The notes: generated by a model from the sequence alone, not told the origin. 64,000 nucleotides of DNA from Gammaproteobacteria bacterium (GCA_003250975.1 QKIY01000028.1:283039-347038); one strand, 5' to 3'; positions 39,370-50,135 are shown, counted from the first letter of the stretch. Program-made: numbers and translations.

Positions 39370-39897
39370 TTACTGGCTCTGGCTCACCATGTAATCCACG
39401 GCAGCCTTGACCTCATCATCTGACAAGGCGGGGTTTCCGCCCCTGGCCGGCATCATGCCGAGTTCACCGGTAAAGCCGTTGAGTGCATGTTCATACAGGA
39501 CATCAACACCCTTGCTGATCCTCGGTGCCCAGGCGCTCGCGTCACCCATCTGGGGAATCATGGCGGCTAAGGCCGAGATACCATGACAATTGACACAAAG
39601 GTTTTCATAAATATGCTGACCTGGGTCGCCGCTGCTGCCACTGCCGGAATCCGCGGCTGGCGTAGATTCCTCCATGGTCATGGGGGCCTCATCAAAGGCT
39701 CCTTCTTCACCTTTCATCACGACTTCACCTACGGGCGCGGTACGCTCCGCCACTGCCGTTGCATCACGTTCTGCCTCAGCAGCCTCATCAATACCATAAA
39801 TCCTTGATAATACAATAAATATTACCATCAGCACTGCAAGTATGCCGACCACCAATGCGAAGTTTCTGAAAAATAATTGATCTTTTTCCTGGCTCAT
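39370..39897 (-). CDS. Membrane-anchored cytochrome c5
   Basis: N-terminal TM, CVNCH, W.PRI..G...L..HA..G and MMPARGG motifs. Confidence 0.92.
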   Translation of the reverse strand: MSQEKDQLFFRNFALVVGILAVLMVIFIVLSRIYGIDEAAEAERDATAVAERTAPVGEVVMKGEEGAFDEAPMTMEESTPAADSGSGSSGDPGQHIYENLCVNCHGISALAAMIPQMGDASAWAPRISKGVDVLYEHALNGFTGELGMMPARGGNPALSDDEVKAAVDYMVSQSQ

Positions 39898-40130
39898 TTT
39901 TGTTCCCCTGTGAAGACTAGGATTATTAGATAGTTTTAATAATTTTTAGACAGGGGATTATACCTGCTCTTGGAAATCTGTGGAACTTGCTATGGACGAA
40001 ATTCGACTCGCAAGGTACCCTTCGCGATGCATTATCATTCGATCTTGCTGCTGGCGAAGCTGGGATTGTCGAGCCTAGTGACCGAAATCATCATGAACGA
40101 ATGGCCGCACTGGTAATCTTGTAAAACAAA

Positions 40131-40207
40131 GCGCCCTTAGCTCAGCTGGATAGAGCGCAGCCCTCCGGAGGCTGAGGTCAGAGGTTCGAATCCTCTAGGG
40201 CGCGCCA
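40131..40207 (+). tRNA. tRNA-Arg (anticodon CCG)
   Basis: GCGCCCT acceptor stem, D-loop AGCTGGATAG, anticodon arm CAGCC-CTCCGGA-GGCTG, GTTCGAATC, encoded CCA end; 77 nt. Confidence 0.97.
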
Positions 40208-40401
40208 TATATTCCAAATACACCTGCATAGCGTGTGTATTTGAAATATATATAGTTGTCAAGGAAAAGGGTGTATTCCATTCATAGAGTAGCTCCGGTC
40301 AGTCACGCACGTAGAGCATTACCATAGAACATGTCAATTAATTAAACCTATTTCTTGTTCCAGGAAAGAAAGACATAATCACTCAGGGGCTTAAGGAAAT
40401 A

Positions 40402-40423
40402 AATGTCACATCCTTGTGACATT
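40402..40423. promoter_or_regulatory. Perfect 9-4-9 palindrome, candidate operator
   Basis: AATGTCACA-TCCT-TGTGACATT; function not established. Confidence 0.45.
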
Positions 40424-40584
40424 CGCTTAGAGTGTAAAAAAGGAATAGAGGTGAATACATTTACTCCCTTAATAAAAAGTCTATATAATTTTTAAGGCTT
40501 TTGAATAGTACCAAAGTATAAAATTAGTCTTTTAAACGGCTAACCAGCCCCATTAGAGATTTGCAATAATATTGATTAAACAGT

Positions 40585-42957
40585 TTAAAATTCTTCCTGC
40601 TTTTTTCTTACCATCTGTTTAAGACGGTTAATGCATTCCTCGTACTGAGGATGAGAACCTTTTTTGAAGTAGTTAGAAAGGACAATAACCTCCGAGTAAA
40701 ACGCATCGTCTTCAGCAAGCCCTGCGATGCCCTTAAGCTTATGAATGTTATCGCGTTGCATGGAGACGTCTGAAATCTTTGCCCCTATGCTAATGTTTTC
40801 AAGCAATATCATAAATTCTTCAAGTAATTTGTTATTATTGATGTTATCAAGCCGTACTGAATCTGCAGTCGTATAAATCAGGTCAACCATGCCGCCAGAT
40901 ACAAGTTGCATGCATTGACAAATCACCTGAATCAAATCCTTTTCAAGAATAGGCTTGAATATAATGTTGTTTGCACCAATCTCAATTATATTGATAGTCT
41001 TCATTAAAAATGTATCAGCGGTCATAAGTATCACGGGAATATCAGGATCATATGATTTATCTGCACGGATAACCTTGCAGGTTTCTACACCATCCATTTC
41101 CGGCATATGAACATCGATTAAAAGCAAGTCCGGAGAGGATGCAGAGAAAATCTCAAGCAATTCCTTGCCGTTCTTTGCCTCTACTGTGAATGCGCCATAT
41201 TTTTTTAATATTTCTATAAGTAAGAGCCGGCTGAAGTCATGGTCTTCGGCAATAAGGATGGTTTTCCCTTTTAATATATTTTCGAAAGACTCTTTCCTAT
41301 CTTCATCATGTGGCGTTTTTAATATATAGGATGATGTAGGTGTAGCTGTGTTAAGGGATGTAGCATTTGAGAAATCAAGAATCACCGACATGGATGTTCC
41401 CTTACCAGGAACACTGTCAAGTGTAATTTCGCCATTGAGATAATCGACCAGTTTTTTAACGATATAAAGGCCGATGCCTGCCCCAAAGGCAGTATGTTTT
41501 GATGATGAAATCTGAGTAAATGATTCAAAAATCATTCCCCTATCTTCTTCTTTAATCCCTATACCGGTATCATGTACTGTAAACTTGATTCTGTATGCTT
41601 CAGATGATTTGTTTATTAGTCCTATTTCGATATTAATGGAGCCGGAATCGGTAAATTTTATGCTATTGGATATAATATTGTTTAATATTTGCATTAACTT
41701 AATCCTGTCACCTATGAGCTGCCTAGGCACGTTCTTGTCAATGGAAACTTCAAGTGACAGTTCTTTATCCCTGGCTGAGTTCTCATGCATGCTGACTATT
41801 TGTTCTATTAATTCATCCAGGTAGAAATCAGATAAATTAAGCTGTATTTTCTTTAGTTCAATCCTCGATAGACCAAGCAAATCATCAATCAGGGACAAAA
41901 GTAGAAATGCCGAGTTCTGTATAATTTCAATATGATGTTTATGGTTTTTATTGGTTATTGATTGATGGAGCAGGTCTGCGAAACCAATAATCGAGTTAAC
42001 CGGCGTCTTTAGCTCATGGCTCATTTTGGCAAGAAATTCATCTTTAGACTTGTTTGCCTGATCAGCCACCCTTTTCTGTTGATTCAGTTCTATGTTCTTT
42101 TTCTCAAGCTCTTTTAGAGCCTCGCGCATCTTGTCGGTGACTGTATAAACTTTCAGATCCATTTCGTTTTGATAACTTGATAGTTTTTTTGCCAGCAACT
42201 CAATACTGTTTGTGAGTTTTCTGAAATATTCAGGATAATTTTGTGGAAAATGAACTTCATATCGATCTTGTCCTAAGGTTTCGATAGCATTATTAATGCT
42301 GCTTATGTATCTGTTTATATAGTCACCGAATAAATAGGAAATGATTGATATAAAGAGCAGGCAAAATGTGAAAAAAAGAGCCGCAGTGTATTTTATCGTG
42401 TCTGTCTTCTGCGAAATAAATCCATGCGAGATCTCCATTATTACATAGCCCAGTAGTTTAGCTGGTCGATTAGAAAACGGGTATGAAAAATCCTGCTCAA
42501 CATCCATGCCCTTTGAATATACTTTTGCGAACCTGAATAACTTGTTGTTGTAATTAACAAGCTCATATGGATCCAATGAAAACATAAAGTAGTATTCAGA
42601 TGTAACTTTTTTCCCTGATTGAGAGGAGGCGAGTATCTCAAGATCCCTGTTTAGAATTGTTATACTTACAATATCATCCTTTATTTCAAAGGATTTTATT
42701 AATTGATCAAGTGATTCTCTGTCGCCCGCGAAAAGGCTGTATTCAGACATTCTGGACAGGTAACTAAGGGTTTTAATCTGGTTTTGGTTAATTGATTTTT
42801 TATAATCATTTATATATTGGCTAACGATATAAAATCCAAAGAAAACCCCCATTAATAATAATGGTATCAACCAGAGTATGATCAGATAGTGTTTAATGCT
42901 TAATTTACTTGTCAGCAGCATGAATGCTTTCATTAATATATTTTGACGAGCTTTCAT
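40585..42957 (-). CDS. Hybrid sensor histidine kinase (2 TM, HisKA, HATPase, REC, Hpt-like end)
   Basis: MSHELKTP, NIISNSIKFT, DTGIGI, GAGIGL, LIAEDH..IDVHMPEMDG and IHKLKG motifs. Confidence 0.93.
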   Translation of the reverse strand: MKARQNILMKAFMLLTSKLSIKHYLIILWLIPLLLMGVFFGFYIVSQYINDYKKSINQNQIKTLSYLSRMSEYSLFAGDRESLDQLIKSFEIKDDIVSITILNRDLEILASSQSGKKVTSEYYFMFSLDPYELVNYNNKLFRFAKVYSKGMDVEQDFSYPFSNRPAKLLGYVIMEISHGFISQKTDTIKYTAALFFTFCLLFISIISYLFGDYINRYISSINNAIETLGQDRYEVHFPQNYPEYFRKLTNSIELLAKKLSSYQNEMDLKVYTVTDKMREALKELEKKNIELNQQKRVADQANKSKDEFLAKMSHELKTPVNSIIGFADLLHQSITNKNHKHHIEIIQNSAFLLLSLIDDLLGLSRIELKKIQLNLSDFYLDELIEQIVSMHENSARDKELSLEVSIDKNVPRQLIGDRIKLMQILNNIISNSIKFTDSGSINIEIGLINKSSEAYRIKFTVHDTGIGIKEEDRGMIFESFTQISSSKHTAFGAGIGLYIVKKLVDYLNGEITLDSVPGKGTSMSVILDFSNATSLNTATPTSSYILKTPHDEDRKESFENILKGKTILIAEDHDFSRLLLIEILKKYGAFTVEAKNGKELLEIFSASSPDLLLIDVHMPEMDGVETCKVIRADKSYDPDIPVILMTADTFLMKTINIIEIGANNIIFKPILEKDLIQVICQCMQLVSGGMVDLIYTTADSVRLDNINNNKLLEEFMILLENISIGAKISDVSMQRDNIHKLKGIAGLAEDDAFYSEVIVLSNYFKKGSHPQYEECINRLKQMVRKKQEEF

Positions 42958-43895
42958 GGCGAGACCCCATCTACCGGCAATTCAATGTTGAGGAATCTTG
43001 CAACGGACTTGTTAAATGTGGTCAGGCTATTAGATGGGTATCCGGATTCAAGAACGGCAAATTCATCTGATAAATATTTGTATAATTTTTCAGATGCCTC
43101 ATTTAGCATTTTGTCAATATCGGTATAAAGTGCAGCAAGCGCTCCGGCCGCTGAGAACTTTTCTGAGTATCCGATAACCGGCGTCATATGTTTATAGGCA
43201 ATCTGCAAAATCCATTTCGAGGAAAAATTATTTATAGATTCCCCAGGCAGTATAATGATTCCATCAGATTTTTTGACGACATCTTCTATAATATTGGCCG
43301 GCACGCCAGCCTGATCCAACCTGCCAACAACAATATTCCTCTTTTTAGACGGATTGGATTTCTTGTACTCCTTGACAATAATCGAATTACTTTCGTCTAT
43401 GAACAGACCAATTGTTCGAATGTCGTCATCCAGTCTTGACAACAGATTGATATATTTCCCGAGAGGCTGATCAAGATATATTGCAGCGAGCGTGCCTGCC
43501 TTTGTTTTATGCCGATTGAATTCTGTTGATTGCGAAATCAACTCAAATGTGGATCTTGGGATGAGAATGCAGTACACAGGGCCGGGAATATCGTTTTCAA
43601 GTGTTCTAACTGCTGCATCGGTACCTATCGTAATTACCAGCTTGTATCCGGCAGTAGCAGGGGCTTTAGTAGGGTACAACTTGCCGTTATCTATCACTGT
43701 AATGTTTATGTGTGTTTTTTTTAATTTCTTCCCCAGAGTCGACTTTAACTGATTTGCCAATCTGTAGCTTATTTCGTTATGAGATGAAATTATAAGAATC
43801 TCGTCTTGGAGATTGTCCGCTAATACAGGAACAGACAGTAAATATATAAAGTAGAAGAGAATCTGCAAAAGTATTTTGAATCTCAGTAAAGCCAT
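42954..43895 (-). CDS. Periplasmic ABC-type substrate-binding-like protein
   Basis: Signal peptide; LVITIG, IYLDQP, PVIGYS...AGALAALY and N..VARFLNI match the ABC_sub_bind-like family; 4-nt overlap with the kinase gene. Confidence 0.75.
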   Translation of the reverse strand: MALLRFKILLQILFYFIYLLSVPVLADNLQDEILIISSHNEISYRLANQLKSTLGKKLKKTHINITVIDNGKLYPTKAPATAGYKLVITIGTDAAVRTLENDIPGPVYCILIPRSTFELISQSTEFNRHKTKAGTLAAIYLDQPLGKYINLLSRLDDDIRTIGLFIDESNSIIVKEYKKSNPSKKRNIVVGRLDQAGVPANIIEDVVKKSDGIIILPGESINNFSSKWILQIAYKHMTPVIGYSEKFSAAGALAALYTDIDKMLNEASEKLYKYLSDEFAVLESGYPSNSLTTFNKSVARFLNIELPVDGVSP

Positions 43896-43910
43896 CCTTG
43901 TATACGCTTG

Positions 43911-46001
43911 CTAGAATGAAACACCTATTTGCAGATAGGCACGCGTTTCAAAATTCTGTCCAACCTGGAACTCATCATAATCGCCCAGGAGATTTTGCAG
44001 GGTAAGTGAAAGATTTAACTCGTTATCTCCTTGTTTAATGGTTTTTCCGACCCGGAAATCCAGTCTTTCATATGAATCTACCGTTTCAATGAATCGTAGC
44101 CAGTGAATATCGGACAGGTGGTAAAATGCTGTGCTGAAATCGAATCCGCCCAATGTTCTAGATGCTAATATTCCCAAGCTGTGCTTTGGAACGGAATCAT
44201 CGATGCTAACATTAACAAGAGAGGCCCCCTGCTGTTGGGTTGCATCAACATCAGCATATGCATAATTCAGATGAATCAGTCCGTTATTCTCGAAGTTATA
44301 CTTGAGCTCTGCTTCAAAGCCGTTTATATCAGCCTGCGTAATATTGCCAGTAAAAATGCCATCAGGAATATTACCTGTTGGGGGCATACCCCGTGTTGAG
44401 TCGATACCATGCCTTAATTCATTGCGAAATATCCTCAGATCAAGGGATAAATCCCTAGCCATAAAATATCCAAGATATCCCGCTTCGAAACTGGTTAGCT
44501 CCTCGTTTTGTATATTATCTCCATCCGTAAAGGCGATGATGCCAAAAGGCGCTCCGTTATCGAACTCAACAGTAATCAGCTGTTTTCTGTCAAGCAGTGT
44601 AGGGGCACGCTCAGCATAAGAGACACTTCCCCTGAGTGCGTGTAAATCCGATAGGTGATAATTAAATGACAATCGAGGTGAACAGGATACATCATCGCGA
44701 TTACTGTCCTGTAACATGAAGGCGCCATTGATGGTCAGACTATCGGTTGCACGCAATTCAATACTGCCGAAATAACGATGTGTAACTTTTGATAAGTTGT
44801 CAGTTGTATTAAAGATTGACTTGCTGCTTAAAGTCTCATACCTGATACTGGCACCGAATTGCGCGCGAATATTGTTTAAATTGTAAATAGTATAATCTGT
44901 CTCAATGTCATAACGATGTGATATTGCCTTTGGTTTGATTGACATGATTTGGTCATTGGCGCCGAAAAGAAGATTTATAGTCGCCGGCGGGACTCCCAGC
45001 AGTGAGGAAAGTGGTTGCTCGCCAAACAAAAAGATCGGCCCCTGATCGGTGTTTCTATAGGAGTGCCCGGCTAGTACGTTCAGGCTGTTTTTACCAGGGG
45101 TAAGATGGTTCCAGCTGATCTGTTGCCTGCTGTGTTCAAATGATGAGTCATAGAAATCGATTGAACGAGTTGTTATCTCTTCTATGTCACCTTGACCGAA
45201 TGTCGTGTCCGCGTAGTAGACTTCGAATCTGAGCTCATCCCTGTTACTCGATGTATAGAGGCTGTTGAAGTTAAATGCGTATGTTTCAACAGAATCATCA
45301 AGTCCTGGGAATCCGTCCTCTTGGTTATAATTGGCTCCGAGAATATAATTGAGATCCTGAACGGATCCGGCATGTCGTAAATAAAGTGATTCTCTGTCAA
45401 CACTTCCCGTTGTTCCTTTTAGTTCAGTACCATCGGTCTGCAAAGGGTTCAATGTTATGATATTGATACTGGCTATAAAGGAATTGAATCCATGGCTGAC
45501 TGCATTGGGACTGCGGGTGATCTCTATACGCTCAATATCATCCACTGTAATACCTGCCAGTTCCCAGTTAACCGTGTTACTGCCCTCAGCGTAGATTGAC
45601 TGGCCGTTAATCCTGACTTCAATACGTTTTGGGAAGCGGTCAGAGAGACCATAGGGAGTGACCACCGGCTGGCCCGCATTGGCATAGCCCACCTGGAAAC
45701 CAGGGACCATTCGGAAAAGGTCTGCAATATCGAGCGCTCCGGAAACCTCGATCATCTTCCTGTCAATGACGGTAACAGAGACAGGTGTATCAATCAGCTT
45801 TTGAGGTAATCGGGTGGCATCTGTGATAACGGGGGTCTCATCCAGGAAATCTTCCTCTGAAAGGTAGACCTTGTCGTTCAGTTCTGCAGCACTGGGTGTT
45901 GAAGTGCTGCAAAAGAATAGCAAGAGCGAAAAATGCAAACCCCTGATACAGACCACAGATGTTCTGTAAAGAGCCTTAGCCATGGCATCCGGGAAGAGCA
46001 C
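43911..46001 (-). CDS. TonB-dependent receptor
   Basis: Plug pattern ATRLPQ...PVSVTVIDR...DLFRMVPG and IERIEITRSP; C-terminal aromatic strand YLQIGVSF. Confidence 0.92.
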   Translation of the reverse strand: MLFPDAMAKALYRTSVVCIRGLHFSLLLFFCSTSTPSAAELNDKVYLSEEDFLDETPVITDATRLPQKLIDTPVSVTVIDRKMIEVSGALDIADLFRMVPGFQVGYANAGQPVVTPYGLSDRFPKRIEVRINGQSIYAEGSNTVNWELAGITVDDIERIEITRSPNAVSHGFNSFIASINIITLNPLQTDGTELKGTTGSVDRESLYLRHAGSVQDLNYILGANYNQEDGFPGLDDSVETYAFNFNSLYTSSNRDELRFEVYYADTTFGQGDIEEITTRSIDFYDSSFEHSRQQISWNHLTPGKNSLNVLAGHSYRNTDQGPIFLFGEQPLSSLLGVPPATINLLFGANDQIMSIKPKAISHRYDIETDYTIYNLNNIRAQFGASIRYETLSSKSIFNTTDNLSKVTHRYFGSIELRATDSLTINGAFMLQDSNRDDVSCSPRLSFNYHLSDLHALRGSVSYAERAPTLLDRKQLITVEFDNGAPFGIIAFTDGDNIQNEELTSFEAGYLGYFMARDLSLDLRIFRNELRHGIDSTRGMPPTGNIPDGIFTGNITQADINGFEAELKYNFENNGLIHLNYAYADVDATQQQGASLVNVSIDDSVPKHSLGILASRTLGGFDFSTAFYHLSDIHWLRFIETVDSYERLDFRVGKTIKQGDNELNLSLTLQNLLGDYDEFQVGQNFETRAYLQIGVSF

Positions 46002-46073
46002 AATCTAACCTCCCTCAATATTATAATTATTGTCCTTTGCCAGAGTGATAATAGCAGCAATAATTATGGAGTG

Positions 46074-46790
46074 TTAATGTTGCTTGAAGTTAAAACCCGA
46101 GGTTTCCCGCAGCATTTTAGACATTATCCCGGCCTGGGTCCGATTATCTAGGGAGAGTACATTCAATATTGCACTGACGTGTATCTTGACAGTATTGATG
46201 GAAATATAGAGTTCATCGGCAATATCCTTATTGGTTTTTCCAAAACCCAGCAGGTAAAAGATCTCAAGTTGCCTTGCTGTAAGCTGCTCAATGGCCTTTT
46301 TATTTACCAAATCGGGAATGGAGGAAGCTATTTTGACCGATCCGTTTTTAGGTATGTCAGGATGATAGGGCTGACCGTCGAGTATGGATTTAAGTGCTTC
46401 CTTGATAGTTGATTTCGAGGAAGACTTGGGTATATAGCCCTTGGCACCGAGCTTGATTGCCTTGTTTATATGCAGTTCCTCTTCGGACGCGGATATGACC
46501 ACTATCGTAAGGCCTGGAAGTGCCTTTAATGCGTCGCGTATGATGGAGAATGTATCGGTCCCGGGCATAAAGAGGTCAAGTAATAACAGCCCGAGGTTAT
46601 CATTAAAATAACTGATTGCCTGTTCACCATTGCTGGCGCAGCAAATATTTTCTCTGGGGATAAATTCAGAGACGAGTTCCACCAATGCATCCCGCATCAA
46701 CTCATGGTCATCAGCAATAACTACCTTGGCGGAGGGGCTTAACATAGACGGTACTGAACCTCTAAAAATCCCGTGTTTATCTCCAGTCAA
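46074..46790 (-). CDS. NarL/LuxR-family response regulator
   Basis: IADDH, LLDLFMPG, GYIPK and HTH LTARQ...GKTNKDIA.EL.IS.NTVK.HV; true start may be downstream. Confidence 0.93.
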   Translation of the reverse strand: MTGDKHGIFRGSVPSMLSPSAKVVIADDHELMRDALVELVSEFIPRENICCASNGEQAISYFNDNLGLLLLDLFMPGTDTFSIIRDALKALPGLTIVVISASEEELHINKAIKLGAKGYIPKSSSKSTIKEALKSILDGQPYHPDIPKNGSVKIASSIPDLVNKKAIEQLTARQLEIFYLLGFGKTNKDIADELYISINTVKIHVSAILNVLSLDNRTQAGIMSKMLRETSGFNFKQH

Positions 46791-46931
46791 TTCCTTGTAC
46801 TATCCGGGCAACCGGATTGCCATAACACTTTAGTATTAATTTTTTGTGATCTGGCCCTGTGTAAAAGGAAATTTTGTAAGCCGTTATCCAGGCCATTATG
46901 GAAACTTTCCTCCCTACAGCCAAATCTGGGG

Positions 46932-47438
46932 TCAACGTGTTTTCTTTTTCAGATTCCTGTTTTTGGCACGTGATTTTTTGGCCATATCGGCTTTGAATTT
47001 TAGGATGCGCGCCTGCAGCTTTGGATCGTTATTGGCGATGATCTCCACGGCCAGCAGTCCCGCATTCCGCCCCCCACCGATGGCGACCGTAGCTACTGGG
47101 ACCCCTGCGGGCATTTGTGCAATTGACAGCAGTGAATCCAGTCCCTTGAGCGCCTTGCTTTCAATCGGCACCCCGATAACAGGCAGTGGTGTGAGGCTGG
47201 CCACCATCCCAGGCAAATGAGCTGCACCTCCAGCTCCTGCAATGATGACTTTCAGGCCCCTCTCATGGGCCTGCTGTGCATACTCGGTCATATCCAGGGG
47301 CGTCCGGTGTGCAGAGACGATCCGGGTCTCGTAGGGTACCTTGAATGACTTACAAGCATTCGCGGCCTCCTCCAGGGTGGGCCAGTCCGAGTCGCTGCCC
47401 ATGATAATGCCAACTAACGGCTGTTTATTTGTACTCAT
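46932..47438 (-). CDS. purE: N5-CAIR mutase
   Basis: IMGSDSD, SAHRTP and [11 protein letters not shown] motifs. Confidence 0.97.
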   Translation of the reverse strand: MSTNKQPLVGIIMGSDSDWPTLEEAANACKSFKVPYETRIVSAHRTPLDMTEYAQQAHERGLKVIIAGAGGAAHLPGMVASLTPLPVIGVPIESKALKGLDSLLSIAQMPAGVPVATVAIGGGRNAGLLAVEIIANNDPKLQARILKFKADMAKKSRAKNRNLKKKTR

Positions 47439-48631
47439 TGACCTGCTCCAAAGCGGATGGCATCTGCGGCTTGCCGCGCCCTGGCCTCTGTTTCGTCTAT
47501 ATTATCCCCGATTGCCGTGACATGGCCCATTTTGCGTCCGGGACTGCTCTTGTCCTTTCCGTAGATATGCACATGAATGCCTTGAATACGGAGCGCTTCT
47601 TCAATGCCGGCAGGGCGGCCACTGCCATCCCCCTGTCCAAGGAGATTTATCATCACGGCAGCAGGTTTGATCATGCGGGTCGAACCCAGTGGCCAACCTA
47701 ATACGGCGCGCACATGATTTTCGAACTGTGAACACTCACATGCCTCGATAGTATAATGCCCGGAATTATGCACACGCGGCGCCAATTCATTGATGATGAC
47801 CTCGTTATCAGAAGTGAGAAACATCTCCACGCCGAAGCTGCCAACGGCGCCGACGGCCGCGACCGCATCGCGCGCAATTCGCGTCGCGTTTTCCATAACT
47901 GCAGTTGGCACGTTGGCAGGAGCGCGGACAATATGACAGATGTGATCGCGCTGTACGGACTCCACCAGGGTGTAGGTGGCTACCTCAGCGTTGCTACCGG
48001 TAGTAATAATCATGGCCAGCTCCATAACAAATGGGCAAAAGGCTTCTGCATAGAGTTTGCGGTGGTCTCCATCTAGTTTCTTCCATGCAGCGTCTATGTC
48101 AGCCGGTCCCTTCACTGTGGCATTGCCTTTGCCATCGTAGCCATTACGCCGGGCCTTGATAACAAGTGGCCACCCAAGTTCAGCTGCGACAGTTTCGATA
48201 TCATTACGTGTATTGATTATTCTGAAAGGGGATAACGGCAAGCCGGCCTCTGCCAGGGTCTGTTTCTGGATATATTTATCCTGAACCAGGGCAATACTTC
48301 GGGATGTCGGGTAAAGACTGTAGTTCGCTTTCTCCAGCGCGGCCAGGCTGTTGGCGTCGACAAACTCATTTTCCAGTGTAACGATGTCGGTGTTGGCCGC
48401 AAGTTCGATCAGATCGTCTGGCTTGTCCCAGTCGCCGACAAAAGAATGGCTGGCCAGGTTGGCGGCCGGGCTGTAATGCTTGCGCTCCAGGACCAGCACA
48501 TCACAACCTAGCTCCAGCCCCGCGAGCGCAGTCATCTTCGCCAGTTGGCCGCCACCGATAATGCCCAACCGTGGGCAGGCAGTGGCCGGTGTGTCAGTGT
48601 TTCTGGAGATATTGAGATTGGTTTCCTGCAT
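47435..48631 (-). CDS. purK: N5-CAIR synthetase
   Basis: [24 protein letters not shown] and GRKMGH motifs. Confidence 0.96.
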   Translation of the reverse strand: MQETNLNISRNTDTPATACPRLGIIGGGQLAKMTALAGLELGCDVLVLERKHYSPAANLASHSFVGDWDKPDDLIELAANTDIVTLENEFVDANSLAALEKANYSLYPTSRSIALVQDKYIQKQTLAEAGLPLSPFRIINTRNDIETVAAELGWPLVIKARRNGYDGKGNATVKGPADIDAAWKKLDGDHRKLYAEAFCPFVMELAMIITTGSNAEVATYTLVESVQRDHICHIVRAPANVPTAVMENATRIARDAVAAVGAVGSFGVEMFLTSDNEVIINELAPRVHNSGHYTIEACECSQFENHVRAVLGWPLGSTRMIKPAAVMINLLGQGDGSGRPAGIEEALRIQGIHVHIYGKDKSSPGRKMGHVTAIGDNIDETEARARQAADAIRFGAGQ

Positions 48632-48786
48632 CCGATTTTGTCAATGCATAATTAGCTTCATATGCCCCAGCGATAACGCACATTTTCCCTGGGAAAAGGG
48701 CGTATGATAACGAATTATGGCCTTTCAGGGCCATTTTATTTTGCCTGTATGCACGGGGTAAGCGGGTACTGGGCCCCGGATGACAA

Positions 48787-49407
48787 CTAGCCCCTTTCCT
48801 TATCAATCAACTGGTCTACGATTTTCATGACCCTGTCGTAACTGCCGGCAATCGAGGGTGAAGTACGGTATTTGCCGTTAACGATGAGCGCGGGGACGCC
48901 CATGATCCCGTAATTCTTTCCGGCGACAAAGGCTGCCTTCATTTCCTGGTCAACGGCTTCGGAATTATAGAGCTTTTCAAATGTGTCTTTGTCTACACCA
49001 TGCTCAGCAAAGAAATCCCGCAGCGCGGCTGGATCCATGATATTGCGTTTCTCCTTATGTATGGCATCAAACAGTGGCCGGTGGATCTTATCCAGTACCC
49101 CCAGTTTCTGCGCGACGAAGAAGGCCTTTGCGTGGGGGATCCAGTGTTTCCCCAGAACCCCGGGCATGCGCCGGAACTCGACATCAGCGGGCAGGTCTCC
49201 AAGCCATCTCTCGACCTGCGGTTCCAGTGCATAACAATGCGGGCAGCCATACCAGAAGATCTCCACCACTTCAATCTTCTCCCCAGACAGGGTCTTTTGT
49301 GGAATGGCGATCACTTCATAACCCGGATTGGCCACACCGTTTCTGGTGAAAAAAAGCGCGCAGGCAATACTTAGAATAGCGACCGTAATGATGACTTTAA
49401 ATTTCAT
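48787..49407 (-). CDS. dsbA: Thiol:disulfide interchange protein
   Basis: FWYGCPHC and GVPALIVNGKY motifs; cc4-dsbA synteny. Confidence 0.94.
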   Translation of the reverse strand: MKFKVIITVAILSIACALFFTRNGVANPGYEVIAIPQKTLSGEKIEVVEIFWYGCPHCYALEPQVERWLGDLPADVEFRRMPGVLGKHWIPHAKAFFVAQKLGVLDKIHRPLFDAIHKEKRNIMDPAALRDFFAEHGVDKDTFEKLYNSEAVDQEMKAAFVAGKNYGIMGVPALIVNGKYRTSPSIAGSYDRVMKIVDQLIDKERG

Positions 49408-49520
49408 AACATGATTCTCAATTGGTTAAAGGATTGATATTCAAACTCCTTCATAGGAATGCAGGACTGATAAAAACATATTTACCCCGTGAAAAGCAAA
49501 AAGGGTTATAAATAGGCTTA

Positions 49521-50135
49521 CTACCAGGTACTGCGTAATCCCTGAAGGTAAGCGGAAACGGCCTTGATCTCCTCATCCGACATGCGATCAACAACTCTGC
49601 GCATGACTTCATTGATATCGTTGGTACGAATATCTTCGCGAAAGTTGTTGAGCTGCAGTTCCAGGTAGGTTGAATGCTGTCCGCTCAACAATGGGTATTT
49701 TGCAGCCGGGTTCCCAAGCCCTGTGGGGCCGTGACATGCCATGCAGGCTGGTACGTTGGCTTCTAAATTGCCAGCGCGGTAAATCTTTTCGCCCAGATCC
49801 AGTAGCTCGGGTTCGGTTCCTGCGGGTCTGCGACGTTGACTGGAGTAGAAGGCGGCTAGGTCCTGAATATCCTGCTGACTCAGGTTGGCAGCCATGGGTG
49901 ACATCTGGGCATTCTCCCGGTGGCCGGCCTTGAAGTCTTCGAGCTGCTTGATGATATAACTTTCATGCTGCCCTGCTAGTTTCGGCCAAGCTGGGTTAGT
50001 GCTGTTACCATCAACACCATGGCATGCCGCGCAGGTTTGAGATTTCTGCTTTCCGGCAACGGGATCCCCCGCCGCGTATGCATTTGCTGTAATAATTTGA
50101 GTTGCTAGCAAGAATAAAAAAATGAGTTTCAACAT
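49521..50135 (-). CDS. Diheme cytochrome c4
   Basis: CAACH and CMACH heme motifs, PKLAGQ; start set at MLKLI. Confidence 0.95.
   Translation of the reverse strand: MLKLIFLFLLATQIITANAYAAGDPVAGKQKSQTCAACHGVDGNSTNPAWPKLAGQHESYIIKQLEDFKAGHRENAQMSPMAANLSQQDIQDLAAFYSSQRRRPAGTEPELLDLGEKIYRAGNLEANVPACMACHGPTGLGNPAAKYPLLSGQHSTYLELQLNNFREDIRTNDINEVMRRVVDRMSDEEIKAVSAYLQGLRSTW

Larger units (their letters stand above)
40208..46850. other. AT-rich accessory block between tRNA-Arg and purE
   Basis: Visibly lower GC than the flanks (hand count 20/60 G+C at 42241-42300); begins at the tRNA 3' end; no integrase or att repeat found. Confidence 0.65.

Noticed and set aside
39982-40080. GGAACTT motif and a short Cys-containing ORF upstream of tRNA-Arg
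   Set aside because: No matching -10 element, no RBS and no recognisable peptide
46790-46932. attR copy of the tRNA 3' end, or an integrase remnant
   Set aside because: No match to TCGAATCCTCTAGGGCGCGCCA seen, so the block is not called a mobile element
46932-48631. purK-purE order reversed relative to E. coli
   Set aside because: Order varies among bacteria; no functional implication visible
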